Shown in pieces: positions 20,462 to 30,926 of a stretch of 32,000 nucleotides of DNA. Origin of the DNA: Wolbachia endosymbiont strain TRS of Brugia malayi (GTDB lineage: Bacteria > Pseudomonadota > Alphaproteobacteria > Rickettsiales > Anaplasmataceae). Numbering within the stretch: the stretch's first letter is position 1; every line of letters begins with the position of its first letter. Both the position numbers and the translations under genes were made by a program. The stretch lies in NCBI RefSeq assembly GCF_000008385.1, contig NC_006833.1:120001-152000 (forward strand), in the 5' to 3' direction. The notes under the pieces were generated by a model. That model saw only the letters and a list, made by a program, of their open reading frames with translations, did no database searches and had not been told where the DNA came from.

Positions 20462-21622
20462 CTATACCTCCAAAACTAACCTGTTTGGATCTTCTATATA
20501 ATTTTTTATTTTGACGAGAAAAGTTACTGCTCCTTTGCCGTCAATTATTCTATGGTCGTAGGAGAGGGCAATGTACATCATAGGTCTAATTTCAATTGAG
20601 TTGCCCACAGCAAATGGCCTATTTTGTATTGAATGCATTCCAAGTATTCCAGATTGTGGAGGGTTTATTATCGGAGTGGAAAGGAGCGAACCGTATACTC
20701 CACCGTTTGAAATAGTAAATGTTGCATCTTCCATTTCTGATACTTGTAGCTTACCTTCTCGTGCTTTTTTACCGAGATCAGCCAAAGTTAGCTCAATTTC
20801 AGCAAATGACATCTGATCAGCATTTCGAATAGCTGGCACAACAAGACCTTTGTTAGTGCCAACGGCAACACCTATGTCATAGTAACGTTTGTATATGATT
20901 TCATCACCTGAAATTTCAGCGTTAATTTCAGGAATTTCTCTCAGTGCTTGCACCGCTGCCTTTATAAAGAACGACATGAAGCCAAGCTTTATTCCATATT
21001 TCTTTTCAAAGGTTTCTTTATATTTTGCCCTGAGATCTATAACATTTTTCATGTCAATTTCATTAAATGTGGTCAGTATCGCAGCTGTATTTTGTGAAGC
21101 TTTTAAACGAGCAGCAATTACTTGCCTTATTTTGCTCATTTTTACTCGCTCTTCTCTCCGTTCCCCACTTGCTGCACTTTTTGGCAATTCATATTGTTTT
21201 ATAGTAGGTTGTTCAGCTTTTCTCATATGATCTATCACGTCTGCTTTGGTTATCCTGCTTCCCATACCAGTCCCTTTAACACTTTCTGTACTGATTGCAT
21301 TTTCCTCCATAATTTTACGAGCTGATGGAGCGTCTCTTTTAGCAAGGTTCTCACTTTTATCTTCTTTCTTCACCTCTCCTACGGAAAGTTTTGCCAACAA
21401 TTGATCAGGGCTTATCACATCGCCTTCACTTACAAGAAATTCAGTTATTTGTCCTGAAGCTTCTGCAGTTAGTTCGAGTGCTGTTTTATCAGTTTCAATT
21501 TCAAAGATTAAGTCATCTACTTCTATTGCTTCGCCAATACTTTTCTTTATTTTGATTACACCTTCTGTGATCGATTCACCACCAAGAGTCTTTGGTGCTC
21601 TAATTTCTATAATCTTGTTCAT
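20462..21622 (-). CDS. sucB: Dihydrolipoyllysine-residue succinyltransferase (2-oxoglutarate dehydrogenase E2)
   Basis: 386 aa; [15 protein letters not shown], lipoyl motif [88 protein letters not shown]. Confidence 0.97.
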   Translation of the reverse strand: MNKIIEIRAPKTLGGESITEGVIKIKKSIGEAIEVDDLIFEIETDKTALELTAEASGQITEFLVSEGDVISPDQLLAKLSVGEVKKEDKSENLAKRDAPSARKIMEENAISTESVKGTGMGSRITKADVIDHMRKAEQPTIKQYELPKSAASGERREERVKMSKIRQVIAARLKASQNTAAILTTFNEIDMKNVIDLRAKYKETFEKKYGIKLGFMSFFIKAAVQALREIPEINAEISGDEIIYKRYYDIGVAVGTNKGLVVPAIRNADQMSFAEIELTLADLGKKAREGKLQVSEMEDATFTISNGGVYGSLLSTPIINPPQSGILGMHSIQNRPFAVGNSIEIRPMMYIALSYDHRIIDGKGAVTFLVKIKNYIEDPNRLVLEV

Positions 21623-21716
21623 AAAACAACCTTTCGTACAAACTTGCTATAAATTTATACATGAAAAGAAACATATAATAAACTAATAAATTTATTTAGG
21701 ATTAAAAAGGGGTTTA

Positions 21717-22352
21717 CTATAACTCACTTTTAATTAGCCTGGCCCACACGCGCCAATCTCTCTCACCAAGATTGTTTTCGAAAGACAAAAGATCCTTTAC
21801 AGCTTTTGAGCAAACTTCTTCACTTAGAATTGATAATTTCCTATTCACTTCTAACGCTAAACATTTAGTTTTACACGCTTGCTCTAAGCGATACGTACAA
21901 AACATTGCTTCTTGCATAGTCCAACCACACGTTATAGATCCATAATTACGCATTAACATTACAAAATTTTCTTTCAGGTCAGTTATTAATCTCTTTCCCT
22001 CTGCATCATCAAGCGCAAGGGAGTTATAATCATGGTAAGGCATCTTGTTATAAAAGTGTATTGCCCACTGACTTATAGGAAGTATTCCATCTTTAAAAGA
22101 GGAAACTGCTACAATAGAAGATGTATGCAAGCGAAAAATTGCTTAAATGTCCTTCCTTACTTGATAAATAAAACCATGGATTACATAACCAGTTCTATTG
22201 TATTGATACTCTTTGCCCTCAATTGTACTTCCATCAAATGATACTTTCATTAATGAATTCTCATTCATTTCATTAAAGTGAATACCAAATGGATAGATAT
22301 AAGATGACTTTTGATCCTCAGAACACACTGAAAGGTAAGTATGTATGGCCAT
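21717..22352 (-). pseudogene. Class II aldolase/adducin family protein with one in-frame TAA at 22143-22145
   Basis: ORFs 22143..22352 and 21717..22130 share a frame: ...[50 protein letters not shown]...[29 protein letters not shown]. Confidence 0.8.
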
Positions 22353-22669
22353 CTAGTTCTAGGTAAGAGGCAAAATCTGATAGATATATACTAAGTCTCT
22401 TTTTACCTTGCTCTTTGTTAACAATGCAATTCTTAGTCAAAACCTTCTGAAGGTTTATACAAGAAAAGAGGTTCATAGTAAACTTATACTTTTAGTTTGA
22501 AATTAAGTATATCAAGAAATAAACTGTTAATTCTTAGTAAATAATCCGTTGCTACATAATCTATGAAGCCTATATAGAATTTATGCTCTCAAATGCATAA
22601 TATCTTAACCATAAAAATAATTTTCTATATAATATTTTAAATGTTTTAAAGCTTAAGTTTCATGTTATT

Positions 22670-23320
22670 ATGAATATAGATTTTAATATTATAAATAATA
22701 TGATAAACATTAATACAAAGAGACAGATAACAGGATTTTTCGTATATATTATTGGCTTTTCAGGAAGTGGTAAGCTCTCTACAGCAATAGAATTATCCAA
22801 TATGATAGATGCATTGATTGTAAACAGCAACTTTTCCAACAATACTCAAGTTTGCTCCATATATGATAATGTTTTTGAGCATAATCATATCCCTGAAGAA
22901 GTACAAGATAGAATATATAACATTGCACAAATTATGCTCCAGGCAATAGAAGCTTACCTAATTCACTCAAAAAACTATATATTTATCGATGAGCTAATGA
23001 AAAATAACGACCACAACACAAAGATGTATAACTCAGTAGTAGAGCTTAGTAAAAGGATGAACACACAAATTCTCCCTATAGTGCTGAGGTGTGACTTACT
23101 TACATTACAAAAGCGCATTAAATTAAAAAGGCAAAGGGAAAACAAGAAAGCCACTAATATAAGCAGCATTATAGAGAACTTTAGGACTCACGATTCATTT
23201 ATACCACCAAATGCCATAGAAATAGAAAATTCGAATATGAGTATAAAAGAAGTAGCCGAAAAAATAACAAGTCAGATGCATAAACTTAGCCAGATTAATA
23301 GCATTTATACAAAAGGATGA
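22670..23320 (+). CDS. P-loop NTPase / kinase-like protein of unknown function
   Basis: 216 aa; Walker A-like VYIIGFSGSGKLSTAIELSNMID, hhhhDE-like NYIFIDELM, basic helix RIKLKRQRENKKATNISSIIENF. Open frame, no disruption. Confidence 0.65.
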   Translation: MNIDFNIINNMININTKRQITGFFVYIIGFSGSGKLSTAIELSNMIDALIVNSNFSNNTQVCSIYDNVFEHNHIPEEVQDRIYNIAQIMLQAIEAYLIHSKNYIFIDELMKNNDHNTKMYNSVVELSKRMNTQILPIVLRCDLLTLQKRIKLKRQRENKKATNISSIIENFRTHDSFIPPNAIEIENSNMSIKEVAEKITSQMHKLSQINSIYTKG

Positions 23321-23321
23321 T

Positions 23322-23939
23322 CTATAACAATTTCATATACTGAAGCTCATTTAAATATAGAGCTTCAACTTCATTTAATTTTTGTTTATTCTTTAGTCTA
23401 TAATGGACTAATAGCCCTGCATGGCTAGCATCTAATTTTGGTAGATTGCAGTCCATATATGTAATGTAGTTATTGCCTGATGTCCTAGTGCCTAGACACT
23501 GGGCGTCATGCGTTGTAGTTGGATCTGATAATGGCAATAAATTGCAATCAAACAACTGCATATAAAATCCCTGAGAACTTTTAATCATAGCTCTAATATT
23601 TTTTTTGTTATTTGCACAAAGCAAAGACATTGCGTATGCCTGAACTTCTAATGCATTAACTCCATACAATGGCTTATTCGTAACGAGATTTATACCTTTC
23701 GCAGCTGATATACCAACTCTAATTCCATTGAAACTTCCTGGTCCAACTACTACCGCTAAATGGTCTAACTTACTGTAGTTATAGTTGTGCTTATTGAACA
23801 GAGTGTTCAAAATTTGAAAAAACGATTCTGCATGACTATTGCTGATGGAATTGTGTTCTACAAAACAATTACCATCGTGATCAATGATCGCTATTGAACT
23901 ACCACCAGTACCTACAGTATCAATTGCTAGAATAGACAT
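23322..23939 (-). CDS. tsaB: tRNA threonylcarbamoyladenosine biosynthesis protein TsaB
   Basis: 205 aa; MSILAIDTVGTGGSSIAIIDHDG, LDHLAVVVGPGSFNGIRVGISAAKGINLVTNKPLYGVNALEVQA. Confidence 0.92.
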   Translation of the reverse strand: MSILAIDTVGTGGSSIAIIDHDGNCFVEHNSISNSHAESFFQILNTLFNKHNYNYSKLDHLAVVVGPGSFNGIRVGISAAKGINLVTNKPLYGVNALEVQAYAMSLLCANNKKNIRAMIKSSQGFYMQLFDCNLLPLSDPTTTHDAQCLGTRTSGNNYITYMDCNLPKLDASHAGLLVHYRLKNKQKLNEVEALYLNELQYMKLL

Positions 23940-23949
23940 TATCTGAGTT

Positions 23950-25060
23950 TATCATAGAGTTTTGTAAACCTTATAGTAAGGCACCACTACTCATAATATT
24001 TGCTGAAGTTATTATTGAGTCAAACACTAAATATAATGCTGTGACTAACGAGAGCATTTTCGGAAAGAACTTAAAGTACTTTTTAAGCACAGGCAGCATT
24101 ACCATGATTCCTCCCGCCGAACTGCAACAATAGCAAATTTAAATAACAAAAAATAGAGAAGGAAAGTTATATAGTACATTATATACATAACCGGAAGTAA
24201 TTATCATTGATAATATTATAATAAAAACAATTCCCATTAAGTAAAAGCCAGCAGTTATTTGGTACAACAGATAATACAAGATCAGGTTGCTTTACATTTT
24301 TTTGCTCTCTTCAAGAGTAAAGGGCATAGTTGCATTACTAAACATTGCACTTATTACGATAATAAATGCCGGTATCATATTGCTTATGCTAATTATCCAG
24401 CTCGTGATCTTGAATGAATTTGCAGCTCCATATAAGAGAAAAATATAAAAGGTAAGTTGCGAATGTAATAACCACAAAAATTATTGAGCAACCTTTAAAT
24501 ACTGCAGATATAATCTAATCATGCTGCATTTTTAAAGTAAGCCCAAGTGCAAATACCGGAATAACCGGCGTCAAGAGTACTTTCAGAATAAACAGAGCTA
24601 AACCTGACATTTTGTGCGAGAGCTCTTTGCTCTTTTTGGGTAGCAAAACAGACACCACTATGCCGGATATAAGTTCACAAATGAGAGCATAAAAGTTAGA
24701 AAGCAGTGCAGGTAGTGTAAGCAACCATAAGGGAATAATTGTTTCTTCATACGTTATATCTTGTATTGAATAAGTGTTTTGTAGTATAAAATACCCAATT
24801 AAATAAGCTATTGAACTTGAAGCCAGGTTTGATAAGAAGATTGTCATAATAAGTAACAATATAAACTTTTAAAGATTAACATAAAAATAATAAGAGGCAT
24901 TATAAACAGCAAAGTTTCTTTGATGCTTAAGCTCATTGAGTACAAAAAGGCTTTCGTTTCTACTGGAACCAAATGACCAAAAAATACAACTGAAGTGATA
25001 ATAATAAGTAAGGTTAGTAGTTGTAACAAGCCCTAATACAGCGATATTCTACAAATAGAA
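23950..25060 (-). pseudogene. Dicarboxylate/amino acid:cation symporter (DAACS) remnant
   Basis: Segments VETKAFLYSMSLSIKETLLFIMPLIIFMLIFKSL, MTIFLSNLASSSIAYLIGYFIL, GLALFILKVLLTPVIPVFALGLTLKMQHD, AGGIMVMLPVLKKYFKFFPKMLSLVTALYLVFDSIITSANIMSSGALL in different frames. Confidence 0.8.
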
Positions 25061-25099
25061 TGCGGCAAGTTATTTTTCAAGTAAAGCAAAACTATCTGA

Positions 25100-25440
25100 A
25101 CTGCTGCAGAATATTATATCTATCTTCATCTTGCTCAAATCTTCCTGATGTAGCCTATGCATCACAAGCACAATTATTCCTTTTTTCTATTGTTGAGCCT
25201 AGTTACTAAAGTCTGATCAAACCAGCTTGTGGCACGCTTTCTAAGCGTTTCGCTTAAAGCTTGAGCGGAACTCAGTTGGTCGTTGACAATAATAAAATCA
25301 CCTTCTTTGCTGGTTAATGTTCCCCCAACAGACGTTGCAATTTTGTATTCTCTCCGCACTGTTTGAAATTTATACTTAGTATTTTGTTCTATGGATAGTT
25401 CTACTTCTAGAAATAGCTTTTTATACCAATCAGACTACAT
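25100..25440 (-). pseudogene. Phage terminase large subunit fragment (prophage relic)
   Basis: MRREYKIATSVGGTLTSKEGDFIIVNDQLSSAQALSETLRKRATSWFDQTLVTRLNNRKKE followed by shifted IVLVMHRLHQEDLS, characteristic of the terminase ATPase/nuclease junction. Confidence 0.8.
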
Positions 25441-25725
25441 TACGCACCTAGTATCGAGCGAGTGCTTTTCGCTGGGAATAGCTCACAATTATTACTCTTA
25501 CGCATATGGGCTTCTTCGAGCGTGAAGGCATACTAAATATTATTCGTCTCACTGCACCAGTGCCTGCCGCTTCAAGTCTGTTCGCTATGACTTTTATATA
25601 TTAGTAATCATTATATTCACATCCCGTACTACCGTTTTGAAAGCATAACTCAATGAGTTTGAGAAAGTTTATATTTTCTATGTTAGTGAGCGTTCTTGCT
25701 GTTTATTCCACTCCCCTCTTTTTGT

Positions 25726-25766
25726 CATTCCAGTGCTCCGACATTGGGATTCAACACACTGGAATG
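25726..25766. repeat. 10-bp-stem inverted repeat
   Basis: CATTCCAGTG (25726-25735) and CACTGGAATG (25757-25766), 21-nt loop. Confidence 0.8.
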
Positions 25767-25820
25767 GCAATTCCTCATCATACTCCACAGTATCTTTAGA
25801 TCTCGCTAAGGAACGACGGT

Positions 25821-26268
25821 AGTTACAAATATTTAAGAAATTTTTTAAATAGAAAAAAAGGCAAAAAACCCGTTGGTGGCGAGTTATTTATATTAACTTT
25901 ATAGTTAGCATTTTTTTATTCTAAACGTCCAATCTAGCTCCTTTTAAGTCATAGCTGATCTAAATTTAAACGTTAGAAAAATTACTAAGCAGAAAAAAGG
26001 TAAAAAACCCTGTTAGCTAATTATTCACTACCTATCTTTTTAAATTGGCATTTTTTACTGTGTCAAATGCTTTAACAAGCGCATTTCAATTATATTAAGT
26101 AAAAACCTGAAAGGTTATAAAGATATACGGTGCACATAGTGCAAAAAATTAAATATGAGGCATCAAGTACATTGAGTCTTTTGTCGTTTAAATCTGTATA
26201 GAGAAGATAAATAATTAGCTTCAATGTTACAATAAGGAAGCTGGTGAAGTTTGTTGAGTAGTTTTTTG
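25821..26268 (-). repeat. Dispersed intergenic repeat, copy 4 (R4), inverted
   Basis: Reverse complement reads CTACTCAACAAACTTCACCAGCTTCCTTATT...TTAATTTTTTGCACTATGTGCACCGTATATC...GCGCTTGTTAAAGCATTT...CCTTTTTTCTGCTTAGTAATTTT...TTTAGAATAAAAAAATGCTAA. Closest to R3 by eye. Confidence 0.85.
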
Positions 26269-26320
26269 TAGTTCCATTCCCTGTTTTCAAATCATAATAT
26301 TTATATAGTTGTGAAAGAAT

Positions 26321-27103
26321 CTAGTTATAAGGCGGAAAATGCCAATTTTTAGGTGATAATGTGAATATTTCAACACCATCCTCTGTTACTCCAAGCGTAT
26401 GTTCAAATTGTGCAGAGAGCGAAAGATCGCGTGTTGTTACTGTCCAATTATCAAGTCTACTAAGCAGAGTTTCATGTTTTCCAGCGTTGATCATTGGTTC
26501 TATTGTAAAAAACATCCCCTCCTTTAATACAAGGCTTTCACCTTGATCATAGAAATGTACTACATTAGGCGGCGCATGGAAGACTTTTCCTATACCATGT
26601 CCGCAATAGCTACGTACTATAGAATAGCCAAAATCTCTAATATACTTTTCTACAGCAAGCCCTATCTCGTTCAATTTATTACCAGGCTTAACTTGTTTTA
26701 TTGCTTCCATCAATGCAACATAAGTAGCATCACATAAGCGTTTTGCTTTTATTGATGGTTTGCCAGCCCAAAACATGCGGCTTGTATCACCATACCAACC
26801 ATTTAAAATCACCGTAACGTCGATATTTAAAATGTCCCCATCTTTAAGTGGTTTATCATCAGGAATACCATGACATACAACAGCATTTTTCGAAGTGCAA
26901 ATCGACTTGGGGTATCCTTTATAGTTTAATGGTGCCGGAATTGCACCTGCTTTGACTATAAAATCATGACATAGATCATTTAATTTATTAGTTGTTACTC
27001 CTACCTTTACGTATGGTGCAATGAAATCAAGAGTTTCAGCTGCTAATCTTCCAGCTTTACGCATAAATTCAAAATCTTTTTGTGAATGTAAAGTTATGCT
27101 CAT
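26321..27103 (-). CDS. map: Methionine aminopeptidase type I
   Basis: 260 aa; YKGYPKSICTSKNAVVCHGIPDD, GDILNIDVTVILNGWYGDTSRMFW, YCGHGIGKVFHAPPNVVHF, GMFFTIEPMIN, AQFEHTLGVTEDGVEIFT. Confidence 0.97.
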   Translation of the reverse strand: MSITLHSQKDFEFMRKAGRLAAETLDFIAPYVKVGVTTNKLNDLCHDFIVKAGAIPAPLNYKGYPKSICTSKNAVVCHGIPDDKPLKDGDILNIDVTVILNGWYGDTSRMFWAGKPSIKAKRLCDATYVALMEAIKQVKPGNKLNEIGLAVEKYIRDFGYSIVRSYCGHGIGKVFHAPPNVVHFYDQGESLVLKEGMFFTIEPMINAGKHETLLSRLDNWTVTTRDLSLSAQFEHTLGVTEDGVEIFTLSPKNWHFPPYN

Positions 27104-27478
27104 ATTTTCTGTATATTATTGTAGTTACCATACACATTCTTATGCAAAATTAACAGCCTTGCTTATAGCTCGTCAGTTATCAAAGTAAGTCCCATAGGCT
27201 CCAGTGTCAAGCGTGTAACTGCACGAGCATTGCAATATGCTTCCACTAGACCAGAAAATCAGTGCGTAACGCATAACCATACGTATCAAATTAATGACAA
27301 ATGCTCAAAATTGTAAGTTAAAAATCAGATTGAATATTTTGTGTAATTCATAAACTTCTATGAATTACACATCTTAGGCGTATCTTTACAGATTTGATAA
27401 AACTACTGAGGTTTTTATGGGACTCTCAAATCCTGTTAGGGCTCTTATGTTGCTTCTATAAAATCTTGTCCATAGGGC

Positions 27479-28717
27479 CTAGACTGTGACTTTTGATTTC
27501 ACCCAGTGGTACAATTTACTTATTTTACCATCCTGACCCAGCATATCAGGATTATTTTTATAAAAAGTGTCAACTATTAACTTTATAGAGCCTATGGCAG
27601 CAGAAAACACAGGATTCTTATTATATTCACCATCAAGACCACCGTACGACTCAGGGCACCCAATACGGACTTGTTTATTGAATATATAGCTTGCAATCTC
27701 CTTCATACTTGCCAGCCGACTGGTGCCACCTGTGATAACCACTTTATTAATTGGATCTTTCTGCTTCCTAAATTGCTCTTTCACCAACTCAAGTATTTCT
27801 TCAATCCTTGGTCTTATGATGTCAACAAGTTCAGATTTGGGTATTCGAGCCTGTTCATCATTCTCATTACTTTGCACTGTAATGTATTCATTCTCATCTA
27901 TTGAAGTTACAACAGTGCTACCGTACAGTATTTTTATACGCTCTGCATGTTCTATGCTTGTACATAGTCCATAAGCTATATCTCGAGTAATATGAACACC
28001 ACCGATTGGGATGCTGTTTGCATATATAAGTTTGCTTCTTTTGAAAATTCCAATTGCAGTACACCCACCTCCTATATCAACAATAGCAGTTCCAAGCTCT
28101 TTTTCATCTTCACTAAGACAAGCAAAACCTGCAGAATACGCGGAAGCAATGCAACCTGCCATACTTATACCGCTATTATTGGTTATGCAATTTTCAATGT
28201 TGGTAAGTGCCGGACGCGAAGCAGTGACAACATTAACATCAGCAGATAATCTCTTTCCATACAATCCACTAACTTCCCTTATATCAGTCATATCATCCAA
28301 GTGGTATCTCAGCGGTATATTGTGAATAATAACATTTTCTTCAATATATTTCTCAAACGTTTGAAAAATTACACGTTTTATATCCCGGTCAGAAATTTCA
28401 TGATTAGCTGCAATAATCTCATTGTGCACATTGAAAGATAAGATTCCACATCCGGCAATATTAACATATATTTGGTCTATAGTTTCCTCTGACACTTGCT
28501 CAGCTAAACCTATAGTAGATGAAATAGAGTAACTTGCATACTTTATGTCAGTTATTAATCCACCATTTATACCTTCTGCAATCTTATAACCTGTGCCTGT
28601 TATTTTATAGTTGAAGTTGCCACTTACCTTAACAATTAGACAGATAATTTTCGTTGTACCTATATCTAAAACAGCAAAAACATTTCTCTTGGGTTTTACT
28701 ATTACTGCAGAGTACAT
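27479..28717 (-). CDS. ftsA: Cell division protein FtsA
   Basis: 412 aa; FAVLDIGTTKIICLIV, EIANHEISDRDIKRV, AIVDIGGGCTAIGIFKRSKLIYANSIPIGGVHITRDIAYGL, KVVITGGTSRLASMKEIASYIFNKQVRIGCP. Confidence 0.95.
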   Translation of the reverse strand: MYSAVIVKPKRNVFAVLDIGTTKIICLIVKVSGNFNYKITGTGYKIAEGINGGLITDIKYASYSISSTIGLAEQVSEETIDQIYVNIAGCGILSFNVHNEIIAANHEISDRDIKRVIFQTFEKYIEENVIIHNIPLRYHLDDMTDIREVSGLYGKRLSADVNVVTASRPALTNIENCITNNSGISMAGCIASAYSAGFACLSEDEKELGTAIVDIGGGCTAIGIFKRSKLIYANSIPIGGVHITRDIAYGLCTSIEHAERIKILYGSTVVTSIDENEYITVQSNENDEQARIPKSELVDIIRPRIEEILELVKEQFRKQKDPINKVVITGGTSRLASMKEIASYIFNKQVRIGCPESYGGLDGEYNKNPVFSAAIGSIKLIVDTFYKNNPDMLGQDGKISKLYHWVKSKVTV

Positions 28718-28852
28718 TAGTTGACCTTATTATATAATTTCATTTAGGCAGCTTCCTTTAATAATTTATATTTCCATTACAAAAATACAGCAACATTTTA
28801 ATATATCCAAATACTGGACAAAGGAAAAAATAAAACATAGAATTATAATTTT

Positions 28853-29392
28853 ATGCCTAAATTATCAATTGTAGTTGCTCCCGATGAAAGGTTAACTACA
28901 CGTGCCAGTGAAGTAACAGGTATAAACGATAAAATTAAAGAACTAGTAAATGATATGTTCGAAACTATGTACAATGCAGAAGGTCTTGGTCTTGCTGCGG
29001 TGCAAATTGGAGTGCTAAAGAGAATTTTCGTCATGGATATCCAGCTAGAGGATATTAAAGGTGAACCAGTAGGATATGAATCCACTGGTAAATTTTGCAT
29101 GATTAATCCTGAAATTACAGAATTATCAGATGAACAAGTCATTCTCAAAGAAGGATGCCTTTCAATTCCAGAGCAAAGTCATGAAATTAGACGCCCAAAA
29201 TATTTAACTGTGAAATATAAGGACTTAAATAACAAAGAACAGACACTAAAAGCTAGTGGTTGGCTTGCAAGGTGTATCCAGCATGAGCTAGATCACCTAA
29301 ACGGCATATTATATATTAGACATTTATCTAAATTGAAGTATGATATGGCTATGAAAAAAGCAGAAAAGTTTAAGAGACACTATGAGAGATGA
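28853..29392 (+). CDS. def: Peptide deformylase
   Basis: 179 aa; motif 1 GLGLAAVQIG, motif 2 EGCLSIPEQ, motif 3 ARCIQHELDHLNG. The metal-ligand residues are present. Confidence 0.97.
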   Translation: MPKLSIVVAPDERLTTRASEVTGINDKIKELVNDMFETMYNAEGLGLAAVQIGVLKRIFVMDIQLEDIKGEPVGYESTGKFCMINPEITELSDEQVILKEGCLSIPEQSHEIRRPKYLTVKYKDLNNKEQTLKASGWLARCIQHELDHLNGILYIRHLSKLKYDMAMKKAEKFKRHYER

Positions 29393-30182
29393 AGATTTAG
29401 AATTACTAAAATTTTACTATGAAGTGGGTATTGATTGTACACTAACAGAAGGTAACGAGGAAAAAAAAGTGGAAAAAGAGAAAAATAGCAAAGCTATCCA
29501 ATCTCCTACCATTCAAGCTGAAGTCCAAAAAAAAGAACAGCAATCCATGTTTCCAAGTGACTGGATAATTGAAGCAAGGAAACTCGCAAGTAAATGTAAC
29601 AGCATGGATGAACTAAGAAGTGCAGTTAAGTCATTTGAAGGTTGTGAGATAAAAAAAACTTCAACCAATACTGTTTTTTCCGATGGTAATCAAAGTGCAA
29701 AAATTATGCTTGTTGGCGAAGCTCCAGGAGCAAATGAAGACCTTAAAGGCATACCATTTTGTGGTGCAAGCGGAATGTTGCTAGATAAGATGCTTAGTGC
29801 AATCAATCTTGATCGCACTAAAGTATACATAAGCAATACTGTATTTTGGCGTCCACCAGGCAATAGAAAGCCAACTGATCTAGAACTCGACATGTGCAGA
29901 CCATTCGTTGAGAAACATATCGCACTAATTTCACCACACATCCTCATTTTAGTTGGAGGTATCTCATGTTATAGCCTTCTTGATAACACAAAAACTATAT
30001 CAACTTTGCGTGGCAGATTCCATACGTATACTAATCAATACTTATCCTATTCGATTACCACAGCTGTTATATTTCATCCAGCTTACTTACTTCGTCAACC
30101 AGCGCAAAAACGTTTAGCTTGGGAGGATTTAAAAAAGATTAGGGAGTACCTTAATAGTACCAATAACTGTACAGGCGTCTAG
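29382..30182 (+). CDS. Uracil-DNA glycosylase, family 4/5-like
   Basis: 266 aa; MLVGEAPGANEDLKGIPFCGASGMLLDKML, YISNTVFWRPPGNRKPTDLELDMCRPFVEKHI, VFHPAYLLRQPAQKRLAWEDLKKIREYL. Overlaps def by 11 bp. Confidence 0.9.
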   Translation: MRDEDLELLKFYYEVGIDCTLTEGNEEKKVEKEKNSKAIQSPTIQAEVQKKEQQSMFPSDWIIEARKLASKCNSMDELRSAVKSFEGCEIKKTSTNTVFSDGNQSAKIMLVGEAPGANEDLKGIPFCGASGMLLDKMLSAINLDRTKVYISNTVFWRPPGNRKPTDLELDMCRPFVEKHIALISPHILILVGGISCYSLLDNTKTISTLRGRFHTYTNQYLSYSITTAVIFHPAYLLRQPAQKRLAWEDLKKIREYLNSTNNCTGV

Positions 30183-30267
30183 CAAACTGATAAGATAATG
30201 GACTCTTATATTATTCACTCCTCAAGCACAGCTATTATAGTAGTCATTCAAATAGTTTACCCAGAAA

Positions 30268-30810
30268 CGCAAAAAATTACTTGACACACTTTGTCAGCTC
30301 TCTTAACCCTAGCAATAGGGCTATTTTATATAACCTCCTAATCTGTGCAAATTAAAATGACAAGAAGGTTTTGTATTTGATGTACTATTGTTTAATTCCT
30401 TGTACTACGTACGCCGTATGTCTTTATAAAATTTCTATAGTTCTTACCTAATACAAGCTGAAATATACTTATAAAGCGTTTAAGACATCATCTAACATCA
30501 AAATTTTTAAACAAAGAGCTAGTAACTAACTACTCTGTTTTTTTTGCCTTTTTTTCTGCTTGGTAAATTTTTAAAATATTTATGACCCCAATTAAGTTGC
30601 ATTGAAAAGCAGCTAGACTGCAGCATTTAAGACTTAAGAAATGCCAATACTGAAAATAGATACTAACCAGAGCTTTTTTATCTTTTTTTTATTTAGTAAA
30701 TTTCTTAAATATCTATAACTAAAGGCTAGTTGCAAAAAAGCAGCTAGCGTTTAGAATAAGGAAACGCTGAAAAAACATAAATACTATAGAGTTTCCTCTG
30801 CCTTTTAGGC
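30268..30810 (+). repeat. Dispersed intergenic repeat, copy 5 (R5), with tandem tail modules about 135 bp apart
   Basis: CGCAAAAAATTACTTGACACACTTTGTCAGC...CAAATTAAAATGACAAGAAGG...ATATACTTATAAAGCGTTTAAGAC; tail motif at 30562 and 30697; AGTTGC...AAAGCAGCTAG at 30595 and 30728. Confidence 0.88.
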
Positions 30811-30926
30811 TAAGTCATACAAAAAGTCTACTAGTTATATAAGAGTTCAAGAAAGATATCATGAAAGTACTGGAATCTTGCTCCAATGTTAAACAACACA
30901 AAGTTGAAAAAGCAGAGCAAAAAACG

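Noticed and set aside
20571-21325. Plus-strand ORFs over sucB
   Set aside because: Shadow ORFs opposite a strong CDS.
7048-22145. Stop-codon reassignment or programmed read-through to explain the in-frame TAG (7048) and TAA (22143)
   Set aside because: Two different stop codons, one in each gene, in a window with many true pseudogenes. Other genes terminate normally. Recent nonsense mutation is simpler without proteomic evidence.
26090-26290. ORF 26090..26290 (-, 66 aa)
   Set aside because: Lies in inverted repeat R4. Its LDASYLIFCTMCTVYL resembles the R3 ORF text only because the repeat DNA is shared.
27671-28325. Plus-strand ORFs within 27671-28325
   Set aside because: Antisense to the well-supported ftsA; low-complexity, with no family signature.
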